Source of the DNA: an uncultured delta proteobacterium
GTDB taxonomy: Bacteria; Desulfobacterota; Binatia; JACPRU01
Direction of reading: 5' to 3'
DNA length: 64,000 bases
Assembly: GCA_963712515.1 (NCBI GenBank)
Contig: CAVQIG010000018.1
Location: 17,401-81,400, forward strand
Below the pieces are notes generated by a model. It ran no database searches, was not told where the DNA came from, and saw nothing but the letters and a program-made list of their open reading frames with translations. Below are positions 38,853-49,944 of the stretch, piece by piece; positions within the stretch are counted from its first letter, which is position 1, and the number at the start of each line of letters is the position of its first letter. A program made the translations under genes and the position numbers.

Positions 38853-41800
38853 GTGATCGAGGGACGGAGCATAAACGAGACCGTCCGCGCTCTTGCCGAC
38901 ACGGGAATCGCTTCCCGGCAGCGAACGCGCGTGTTCGGCCTACGCGGCGGGGCGCCGGCGTACCTCGTGACGAGGTTTCTGACCGAGCGGCCAAGCCCAT
39001 CCGTGGTGGTCTCTCCATCGCTGCGAGAGGCTGAAGCGTGGGTGCGGGCGCTTCGCTTCTTCCTCGGCGATGATGAAAGCGCGTCGCCGCTCGAGCGTCG
39101 CGTCCATTGGATGCCCCCCTGGGACGCCGAACCGCTGTCGAGCGCCTCGCCGACCGAAGAAATCGTGGCCGAGCGCTTGTCGACGCTCTATCAGCTGAAC
39201 CAGGCCAAGGCCCCGATCGCCGTGACCACGGCGCAAGCGCTGCTGCAACGGGTGCCGCCGCGCGAAGCGCTCCTCGAGCTTTCGCAATATTGGGTCGAGG
39301 GTGAAGAAGCCGGATTCGAGCGCGTCGCGGAGCGCCTTGCAAGCGCCGGCTACCAGCGAGTGCCGCAAGTCGAGGACCGCGGCGAGTTCGCCGTGCGGGG
39401 CGGTATCATCGACGTCTTCCCGGCGGTGGTGGCCCTGCCGCTCCGTCTACAATTCGACGCAGACGTGCTCGAGGCAATCCGCGCGTTCGATCCCGCCACG
39501 CAGTGCTCGCTCGGCCGCGTTCCGGAGGTGCTGATCACGCCCTGGCGCGAGTATCCGCTCGAACGCTGGCGCGACCCTGCCGTGCGTCGCGCGGTCGAGA
39601 CGCGTGCTCAGGATCTCGACGTCGCGCGGCCCGAGCGGCTCGCCGCGCTCGATCGAATGGAAGCTGGCCTCGGGTTTCCCGGGAGCCCATTCCTGCTCCC
39701 GTTCGTCCACCCGGCGCTCGCCACGTTCGCCGACTACTGCCCCGCGGGGACGCTCTTCTGGATCGATCAAACCGCGGCGGTCGAAGCCGCCGAGGAGGCG
39801 TTCGCGCGTAGCCTCGCCGAGCATGCCGCGATGGCCGCGGCGGCCCACCGGCTCGTGCCGCGGGTGGAAGAGCTCTACCTCGAGCCTTCGGCCTCGAGGT
39901 CGCGTCGCGAGTCCTTCGCCCGCGTAGAGCTCGATGCCATCGATCTCCTCGCCGGCGAGGACGCACGGTCGGGGGTTTTTCGCATCAAGAGCTTCACGAC
40001 GGGCGATCTCGGTGTGGTAACCAAGGCGAGCGGACGGGAGACCTCGATCCGCCCTCTCGTCGACCGGATCGAGCGTTGGGAGAAAGACGGTGACCGGGTC
40101 GTGCTCGTCGTCCATGACCGCGCCCAGGCCAATCGCTTGAAGGGGCTCTGCGCGGTTCACGACCTCGAGGTGGCGATTCTCGATCGCAAGTTTCCCGAGC
40201 TCCCCGCCGCGACCCGTCGGGCGATCCTGATCGGAGACCTCGAGAGCGGCTTCCATCTGCCCGTCGATCGATTGGTGGTCGTGTCCGAGGAAGAGATCTT
40301 CGGGGAGCGTCGCCGCCGTCGGGGCCGCGCCGTCGACGTCGGCAAGTTTCTGGCCGGGCTCGCCGAGCTCAAGGCCGAAGACTACATCGTCCACATCGAT
40401 CACGGCATCGGCCGCTACAAGGGCCTTCGACATTTGACGGTCGCCGACACCGAGGGCGACTACCTGCATCTCGAGTATCAGGGCGGAGACCGGCTCTACG
40501 TACCGGTCGATCGCATCAACGTGGTCGAGAAGTACGTCGGCGCCGACGGCTCGGCGCCCGAGCTCGACAAGCTCGGCGGCGCGTCGTGGGAGAAGGTCAA
40601 GGCGAAGACCCGGGAGGCGGTCTTCGCGATGGCCCACGAGCTGCTCGACGTCTATGCCGCCCGCGAGGTCATGGAGGGACACTCCTTCGCCCCGCCCGAC
40701 GACTATTTCCGTGAGTTCGAGGCACGGTTCCCGTTCGAAGAGACCCCTGACCAGGAGCGCGCCATCGTCGACGTCCTCGCGGACCTGAACAAGTCCCGTC
40801 CGATGGACCGCCTGGTGTGCGGTGACGTCGGCTTCGGCAAGACCGAGGTCGCGCTGCGTGCTGCCTTCGCAGTGGTCATGGAAGGCAAGCAGGTGCTCGT
40901 GCTGGTGCCGACGACCGTGCTCGCACAGCAGCACTTCGAGACCTTCCAGAGGCGGTTTGCCGGCTTTCCCGTGCGCGTCGAGCTCCTGTCGCGCTTTCGC
41001 CGCGGCGAGCAAGCGAGGGTAGTGCTACGCGCCCTGCAGCGGGGCGAGGTCGACATCGTGATCGGCACGCACCGACTGCTGCAGGAGGACGTCGAGCTCA
41101 GGGATCTCGGGCTGCTCGTCATCGATGAAGAGCACCGGTTCGGTGTGGCACACAAGGAGAAGATCAAGAAGCTGCGCAAGCTGGTCGACGTGCTCACGCT
41201 CACCGCGACGCCCATCCCGCGCACCCTCCACATGGCGCTGTCCGGGATCCGCGATCTGTCGATCATCGAGAGCCCGCCGGTCGATCGGCAAGCGATCCGC
41301 ACGTACGTGACCCGCTACGACGAGGGGCTCATACGCGAGGCGACGCTCCGCGAGCTCGCCCGCGCCGGCCAGGTCTTCTTCGTCCACAATCGGGTCGAGA
41401 CCATCGACAAGGCCGCCGCGCACCTGCGTGAGCTCGTTCCCGAGGCTCGCTTCGGCGTCGCGCACGGACAGATGGTTGGATCGGCGCTGGAAAAGGTCAT
41501 GCTCGATTTTCTCGAGAAGCGGCTCGACGTGCTGGTGACGACGGCGATCATCGAGTCCGGCCTCGACATCCCGAATGCCAACACGATCTTCATCGACCGC
41601 GCCGATCACTTCGGGCTGGCACAGCTCTACCAGCTGCGCGGCCGGGTCGGGCGCTCGCACCAGCGCGCATATGCGTACCTCCTGCTCCCCGGAGAGATGC
41701 TCATCGGCCGCGACGCACAGAAGCGGCTCGAGGTGCTCGCCTCGCTCGACGATCTCGGCGGAGGCTTTCGGCTGGCCGTCCACGACCTCGAGATCCGCGG

Positions 41801-42422
41801 CGCGGGCAACTTGCTCGGCAAGCAACAGTCGGGTCAGGTCGCCGCAGTCGGCTTCGAGCTCTATACGCAGATGCTCGAGGACGCGATCCGCGAGCTCCGC
41901 GGCGAGCGGCGGCGGGTCGAGGTGGAGCCCGAGATCCAGCTCGGCATCTCGGCGTTCATTCCGGAAGAATACGTGGCCGACGTCGGCCAGCGCCTCGCGC
42001 TGTACAAGCGGATGGCGCGCGCGCAAAGCCGTGAGGAGCTCGACGAGCTGCGGGGTGAGCTCGAGGACCGTTTCGGCGCCGTACCGGCACGCGTCGTGGC
42101 GTTGCTCGCGGTCATGGACCTGCGTCGGCACCTGAAGCGCGCCATGGTCGTGCGCCTGCGGCGTCAGGCGGCGAGGCTCGTGCTTCGTTTTCACGATACG
42201 AGTGAGATCGATCCCGCTCGCCTGGTGACGTTGGCCCGCTCTCGCCGTGACGTCCGCGTGATGCCAGACAACGAGGTCTCGATCCCCGTCCTGCACATCG
42301 ACCTCGAGGGCATCACCCATGCCGTGCTGTCCCTCCTCCGCGAGCTCGGCGTCGGAGGCGACGGCGAGATGGACAGCGACGAGAAAAAACGACTAAGGAA
42401 TCCAGTGGAGGTTCGCCGATGA
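38853..42422 (+). CDS. mfd: Transcription-repair coupling factor (start approximate)
   Basis: RGGIID, HGIGRY, GDVGFGKT, DEEH, QLRGRVGR, TRCF C-terminal domain. Confidence 0.97.
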   Translation: MIEGRSINETVRALADTGIASRQRTRVFGLRGGAPAYLVTRFLTERPSPSVVVSPSLREAEAWVRALRFFLGDDESASPLERRVHWMPPWDAEPLSSASPTEEIVAERLSTLYQLNQAKAPIAVTTAQALLQRVPPREALLELSQYWVEGEEAGFERVAERLASAGYQRVPQVEDRGEFAVRGGIIDVFPAVVALPLRLQFDADVLEAIRAFDPATQCSLGRVPEVLITPWREYPLERWRDPAVRRAVETRAQDLDVARPERLAALDRMEAGLGFPGSPFLLPFVHPALATFADYCPAGTLFWIDQTAAVEAAEEAFARSLAEHAAMAAAAHRLVPRVEELYLEPSASRSRRESFARVELDAIDLLAGEDARSGVFRIKSFTTGDLGVVTKASGRETSIRPLVDRIERWEKDGDRVVLVVHDRAQANRLKGLCAVHDLEVAILDRKFPELPAATRRAILIGDLESGFHLPVDRLVVVSEEEIFGERRRRRGRAVDVGKFLAGLAELKAEDYIVHIDHGIGRYKGLRHLTVADTEGDYLHLEYQGGDRLYVPVDRINVVEKYVGADGSAPELDKLGGASWEKVKAKTREAVFAMAHELLDVYAAREVMEGHSFAPPDDYFREFEARFPFEETPDQERAIVDVLADLNKSRPMDRLVCGDVGFGKTEVALRAAFAVVMEGKQVLVLVPTTVLAQQHFETFQRRFAGFPVRVELLSRFRRGEQARVVLRALQRGEVDIVIGTHRLLQEDVELRDLGLLVIDEEHRFGVAHKEKIKKLRKLVDVLTLTATPIPRTLHMALSGIRDLSIIESPPVDRQAIRTYVTRYDEGLIREATLRELARAGQVFFVHNRVETIDKAAAHLRELVPEARFGVAHGQMVGSALEKVMLDFLEKRLDVLVTTAIIESGLDIPNANTIFIDRADHFGLAQLYQLRGRVGRSHQRAYAYLLLPGEMLIGRDAQKRLEVLASLDDLGGGFRLAVHDLEIRGAGNLLGKQQSGQVAAVGFELYTQMLEDAIRELRGERRRVEVEPEIQLGISAFIPEEYVADVGQRLALYKRMARAQSREELDELRGELEDRFGAVPARVVALLAVMDLRRHLKRAMVVRLRRQAARLVLRFHDTSEIDPARLVTLARSRRDVRVMPDNEVSIPVLHIDLEGITHAVLSLLRELGVGGDGEMDSDEKKRLRNPVEVRR

Positions 42423-43651
42423 AGACGAGTGGGTCCGGGCTTCAGGCTCCAGGATTCGGGAAGAGGCTCCGAGCCGTCTTTGGCGAAGCCCGAGGCCTGA
42501 AGCCGCAAGCCTATCCTCGATCCGAAATTCGCGTGGGTGTCGTCGGCGCGCCGAACAGTCTACGCGACTGTTCGGCCCCGCGCCGCGCGCAGCGAATGCG
42601 GGGCGAAGGCCCGGGGTGGCGCAGCGGCTGGGAGGGGCGCCCAGCGAGCACGGCGCGGGCTGCGCCGACGACAGGGCCCGCGCGAATTTCGGATCGAAAG
42701 GGCACCACGGGAATTACGCTTCGGGGCTATCTACTCGCCGCGTGGCTCGTGCTGGCCGCGTCCCCGCTCCGCGCGGAGGTCGTGAACCGCATCGTCGCCA
42801 GCGTCGACGGCGAGCCGATCACGCTCTATGAGCTGAATCAGTTCGTCGCCAAGCAGCGGGCGCTGACGCCGAGCCTACAGATGCCGGACCAAAACGAGGC
42901 GTTGCAGGCGTTGGTCACGGAGAAGCTCCTCGCCAAGGAGATCGCCGCCAAGGGCATCCACGTGCGCGACGAGGACATCGACCGCTACATCGATCACATC
43001 AAGCAGGCGAACCATCTCGATGACGATCAGCTGAAGGAAGCGCTGAAGCAGCAGGGCATCGACTACCCGAAATACCGCGATCAGGTGCGTCAGGAGATCG
43101 AGAAGGTACAGCTCATGAACCGCGAGATCCGCAGCAAGGTGAACGTCTCTCCCGAGGACGTCAATCGCTACTACGAGGCTCACAAGAAGGAGTACGAGCG
43201 CCCCTCCCGGGTGAAGGTCCGCCAGATCATGCTGCGCCTCGATGGGAACGCGCCCGACGAGATCGTCCAGGCGGTCACGCAGCGGCTCGAGGATCTGCGG
43301 GCGAAGATTCTCAAGGGAGCGGACTTCGCCAAGGTCGCCAAGGAATCTTCCGAGGATCCAGCCGCGGCCGACGGCGGTGATCTCGGTGAGGTCGAGCTGT
43401 CGAAGGTGATTCCCGAGTTCGAGGCGGTGCTGGCGAAGATGAAGGAAGGCGATGTGAGCGAGCCGATCCGCACGAAGATGGGATTGCACATGCTGAAGCT
43501 CGAGAAGCGGATCGAGGCTGGCTACCAGCCCGAAAGCGAGCTCGCGGCGGACATCAAGGAGAAGCTCTACAACGAAGCGCTCGACGAGCGTTACAAGCGT
43601 TGGCTGCTCGAGGACATCCAGAAGCACCACTACGTCGAGACCAAGCTTTGA
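42419..43651 (+). CDS. surA: SurA-like chaperone/parvulin PPIase; N-terminus contains in-frame repeat elements
   Basis: ATGA overlap with mfd; EVVNRIVASVDGEPIT; SEDP..GGDLG rotamase; mfd-surA-pdxA synteny. Confidence 0.85.
   Translation: MKTSGSGLQAPGFGKRLRAVFGEARGLKPQAYPRSEIRVGVVGAPNSLRDCSAPRRAQRMRGEGPGWRSGWEGRPASTARAAPTTGPARISDRKGTTGITLRGYLLAAWLVLAASPLRAEVVNRIVASVDGEPITLYELNQFVAKQRALTPSLQMPDQNEALQALVTEKLLAKEIAAKGIHVRDEDIDRYIDHIKQANHLDDDQLKEALKQQGIDYPKYRDQVRQEIEKVQLMNREIRSKVNVSPEDVNRYYEAHKKEYERPSRVKVRQIMLRLDGNAPDEIVQAVTQRLEDLRAKILKGADFAKVAKESSEDPAAADGGDLGEVELSKVIPEFEAVLAKMKEGDVSEPIRTKMGLHMLKLEKRIEAGYQPESELAADIKEKLYNEALDERYKRWLLEDIQKHHYVETKL
42431..42511. repeat. Heptamer-array palindrome
   Basis: GGGTCCG GGCTTCA GGCTCCA GGATTCG ... 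CGAAGCC CGAGGCC TGAAGCC GCAAGCC. Confidence 0.8.
42512..42697. mobile_element. ~186-bp MITE-like structured element
   Basis: 17-bp perfect IR TCGATCCGAAATTCGCG (42517-42533/42681-42697), inner IR TGTCGTCGGCGC, internal hairpins; partial copy at 11878. Confidence 0.75.
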
Positions 43652-44675
43652 GAGGCTTCGGGCATCAGGCTTCCCGGCGTGGCGCTCTCTTGCCGACGCC
43701 TGAAGTCAGAAGCCTGAAGCCGACGAACAGGAAACCCACCATTGCGGTGACCATGGGCGATCCCGCCGGGATCGGGCCGGAGGTGGCGCTCCGCGCCACG
43801 GCGCGCCTGCGGCGCCATGCTCGCTTCGTGTTCGTCGGCGATCGCGCTGTTTTCGAGGTGACAGCGCGCCGGCATCGGGTCGGCGGCGAGCTGGCGGTCG
43901 TCGAAGTGTCTTCGCTATCCTCCGCAGAGCGCCGACCAGGGAAGCCCTCCGGCGGTGGAGCCGAGGCTGCCTACCGTTCCATCCTCCGCGCCGTCGAGCT
44001 CGTCCAGCGCGGCGAGGCCGATGCGATCGTCACGGCTCCCGTGAGCAAGCACGCGATCCAGGCGCTCGGCGTCGACTTTCCAGGCCACACGGAGGTGATC
44101 GCCCGACTCGCCGGTGGTGCCGAGGTGCGCATGATGATGGCCGGCGCGACTTTGCGGATCGTGCTGGTGACGACGCACATCCGGCTCCTCGACGTGCCTC
44201 GGGCTCTCACGACCGCATCGGTCGTACGCACCGCGGAGATCGCCGCGGGTTCCTTGCGGCGCCACTTCGGGATCCGCCGCCCGCGCCTGGCACTAGCCGG
44301 CCTGAATCCCCATGCCGGTGAGGCCGGCGCGTTCGGGGACGAAGAGATCCGCACTCTCGCCCCTGCCATTCGGCGTGCGCGCACCTGCGGCGTCCATATC
44401 GACGGGCCGTATCCGCCGGACACGGTTTTCTTCCGCGCGCGCGCGGGCGAGTTCGACGCGGTGATCGCGCTCTACCACGATCAGGGACTCATCCCGTTCA
44501 AGCTCGTCCACTTCCACGACGGCGTGAACGTGACGCTCGGGCTGCCGTTCCCGCGGACCTCTCCCGACCACGGTACCGCTTACGACATCGCGGGGCGGGG
44601 CGTCGCCGACCCGTCCAGCATGGCGGCCGCGATCGGTCTCGCGGCCCGGATGGCGTCGCACCGGGGCGAGTCCTG

Positions 44676-44676
<1 letters not shown>
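43648..44676 (+). CDS. pdxA: 4-hydroxythreonine-4-phosphate dehydrogenase
   Basis: [37 protein letters not shown]; TTGA overlap with surA. Confidence 0.95.
43654..43721. repeat. Heptamer-array palindrome in the pdxA 5' region
   Basis: GGCTTCG GGCATCA GGCTTCC ... CGACGCC TGAAGTC AGAAGCC TGAAGCC. Confidence 0.8.
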
Positions 44677-47495
<2,819 letters not shown>

Positions 47496-47527
47496 TGTTC
47501 TTTCTCCGGTGACCGGCAGGAGCATGC

Positions 47528-47583
47528 GTCACAGATCGCTCCAGTCGTTGGTCGCGATCCCGTCTCCGGTCGGACATCCTAGC
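47528..47583 (+). repeat. ~55-bp dispersed repeat, copy 1
   Basis: Core 47546-47572 is 26/27 identical to the reverse complement of 63760-63786. Confidence 0.7.
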
Positions 47584-47607
47584 CTGTTGGGCGAAGATTC
47601 CCCTGCG

Positions 47608-47651
47608 TTGACAGGGTCTGGGTGCGGCCCTATACAGGACCAGAGTGGTCC
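47608..47651 (+). promoter_or_regulatory. Sigma-70 promoter with adjacent IscR/Rrf2-like operator upstream of iscS
   Basis: TTGACA-N17-TATACA followed by the palindrome GGACCA-gag-TGGTCC. Confidence 0.7.
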
Positions 47652-47670
47652 GATTACTCGAGGACCACGA

Positions 47671-48870
47671 GTGGCTTTGCTCGTGACCAAACCGATCTAC
47701 ATGGACTACCACGCGACGACACCCGTGGATCCACTGGTTCTCGACGCTATGCTCCCGTTTTTCAAGGAGAATTTCGGAAATGCGTCGAGCAGAAATCATC
47801 CCTTCGGATGGCAGGCCGAAGCGGCCGTGGAGGCAAGTCGGGAGCAGGTTGCGAAGCTCTTCGGGGGGCGCGCGAAGGAAATCGTCTTCACGGCCGGCGC
47901 AACCGAGTCGAACAACCTGGCACTCAAGGGAGTGCTCGAGTTTCACCGCGAGAAGGGAAGCCACGTCATCACCTGCGCCACCGAGCACCGCTCGGTGATC
48001 GACACGGGCCGCTCGCTCGAGCGGAAGGGATTGGCGCGGGTAACGGTGCTTCCCGTCGATCGCTACGGCCGCGTCGACCCCGACGCCGTCGATCGCGCGA
48101 TCACGCCAAAGACCGTGCTCGTCTCGATCATGATCGCGAACAACGAGGTCGGCACCATCCACCCGATCGCCGAAATCGGCAAGATCACCAAGCGGCGCGG
48201 GGTGCTCTTTCACACGGATGCGACCCAGGCCGTGGGCAAGATACCCGTCGACGTCGAGCGGATGGGCATCGATCTCCTCTCGTTGTCCGGGCACAAGATC
48301 TGCGGGCCGAAGGGAGTCGGCGCTCTGTACGTGCGCTCCAAGGATCCGCGTGTGCGACTCTCGCCGCTCATCGAGGGCGGCGGCCAAGAGCGCGGCCTGC
48401 GCTCGGGGACGCTGAACGTGCCGGGGATCGTCGGCTTCGGCAAAGCGTGCGAGATCGCCGGCGAGGTGATGGCAGAGGAAGCGCGTCGGCTCACCGCCCT
48501 ACGCGAACGGCTCGAGCAGATGATCACGAGCGAGCTCGATCGCGTGATGCTGAACGGTCATCCGAGCGAGCGCCTACCCGGGAATCTCAACTTGAGCTTC
48601 GCCTACGTCGAGGCCGAATCACTCCTCATGGCGCTGAACCGCGAGGTTGCTCTCTCGACCGGCTCGGCATGCAGCTCCGCCACGCTCGAGCCCTCTTACG
48701 TCCTGAAGGCGCTCGGTCAAGGAGACGAGATCGCGCATGGGTCGATCCGCTTCGGGCTCGGTCGGTTCACGACTCTCCACGAAGTCGAAACGGTGGCGAG
48801 ACGAGTGATCGCCGAAGTGCGCCGCCTGCGCGCGATGTCGGCGCAATACGCGATGGCGAGCGCCGGCTGA
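47671..48870 (+). CDS. iscS: Cysteine desulfurase
   Basis: [28 protein letters not shown]; GAGGA RBS. Confidence 0.95.
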   Translation: MALLVTKPIYMDYHATTPVDPLVLDAMLPFFKENFGNASSRNHPFGWQAEAAVEASREQVAKLFGGRAKEIVFTAGATESNNLALKGVLEFHREKGSHVITCATEHRSVIDTGRSLERKGLARVTVLPVDRYGRVDPDAVDRAITPKTVLVSIMIANNEVGTIHPIAEIGKITKRRGVLFHTDATQAVGKIPVDVERMGIDLLSLSGHKICGPKGVGALYVRSKDPRVRLSPLIEGGGQERGLRSGTLNVPGIVGFGKACEIAGEVMAEEARRLTALRERLEQMITSELDRVMLNGHPSERLPGNLNLSFAYVEAESLLMALNREVALSTGSACSSATLEPSYVLKALGQGDEIAHGSIRFGLGRFTTLHEVETVARRVIAEVRRLRAMSAQYAMASAG

Positions 48871-48891
48871 CGTCACGGAGCCGACAACACG

Positions 48892-49206
48892 ATGATTACG
48901 ATCTCGGAGAGCGCAGCGCGGAAGATCAAAACGCTGATCGGGGAGCGACCCGGGAAGGTGCTCCGCGTGAAAGTCGTCGGCGGGGGCTGTTCGGGGCTCC
49001 AATACAAGCTGGACGTCGACGAGCCGCGGCCCGGCGATCGCACCTTCGAGAGAGACGGCGTGTCCGTGGTCACCGACCGCAAGAGCTATCTCTATCTTCA
49101 CGGCACCGAGCTCGACTATTCCGAGGCTTTGATGGAGTCGGGCTTCAAGCTGAACAACCCGAACGTCAAGAAGAGCTGCGGCTGCGGCGCTTCGTTCAGC
49201 GTCTGA
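48892..49206 (+). CDS. iscA: A-type Fe-S carrier (IscA/HesB)
   Basis: GGGCSG, CGCGASF. Confidence 0.92.
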   Translation: MITISESAARKIKTLIGERPGKVLRVKVVGGGCSGLQYKLDVDEPRPGDRTFERDGVSVVTDRKSYLYLHGTELDYSEALMESGFKLNNPNVKKSCGCGASFSV

Positions 49207-49324
49207 CCCTCCGATTCCGTGGCGGTACACCGAGCCGCCGCCCTTTGAAGACGGAGGATTTCCGCGACAGCTTTCGAATAATCTCGGCGTTCGGCGCGTC
49301 TAAAAATTCAAAGGTAGTTCGACG

Positions 49325-49759
49325 ATGAGTGAAATTCGACAGGAGCCACTCGAGGAGATCGCCGTGCCGGTCTTGCAACCCGATACGCTTCTCCCGAGTC
49401 AGTTCTTCACGAGCTTGAGGCAGAAGGTCTTCGTGGAGGGCGAGAAGCGCCTGATGGCGGCGGTGCTCGCCGACGCTGTCGAGGTCTACATGAAGCAAGC
49501 CTTCAACCCCGACGCACGTGCCCAGCAGCTGTTCCGCGACGCCGAGGCGTGGATCTTCTCGGACGAGCCCGGTCCGTGGTTCTTCTCGTTCAACAACATC
49601 TCGGATATGCTCGGTCTCGAGCCGGAGTACATTCGCCGCGGTCTTCTCGAGTGGCGCCGCAAGCGCGTGCCTACGATTCGGCCGAGCGAAGCATTTCGCC
49701 GCGGACCGCGCACCGAGCGCTCTGCCGCGCCGCGTCAGCAACTGAAGAAGGTCGGCTGA
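49325..49759 (+). CDS. Conserved-looking hypothetical protein
   Basis: PDTLLPSQFF, GEKRLMAAVLADAV, AEAWI, FSFNNISDMLGLEPEYIRRGL; typical codon usage. Confidence 0.8.
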   Translation: MSEIRQEPLEEIAVPVLQPDTLLPSQFFTSLRQKVFVEGEKRLMAAVLADAVEVYMKQAFNPDARAQQLFRDAEAWIFSDEPGPWFFSFNNISDMLGLEPEYIRRGLLEWRRKRVPTIRPSEAFRRGPRTERSAAPRQQLKKVG

Positions 49760-49779
49760 TCGCTCGCGTGGGTGGTGAC

Positions 49780-49847
49780 GTTGCGGCATTAACGGAATAA
49801 GTCCGGCGCGGAACTCCTGGCCTGCCTTATTCCGTCAATGCCGCAAC
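49780..49847. repeat. 22-bp inverted repeat (one mismatch) upstream of korA
   Basis: GTTGCGGCATTAACGGAATAAG ... CTTATTCCGTCAATGCCGCAAC. Confidence 0.8.
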
Positions 49848-49944
49848 TCCCGCTTCGAAGCGACGCGCCATAAAGACCCCGGATGATTTGAAACTCCGAG
49901 GGTCGGGAGCTATAAACCATTGGTTACCTCGAAGGAGATCACCG

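Noticed and set aside
38160-43721. Repeats considered as a CRISPR array
   Set aside because: No regularly spaced direct repeats with unique spacers and no cas genes; these are dispersed palindromes
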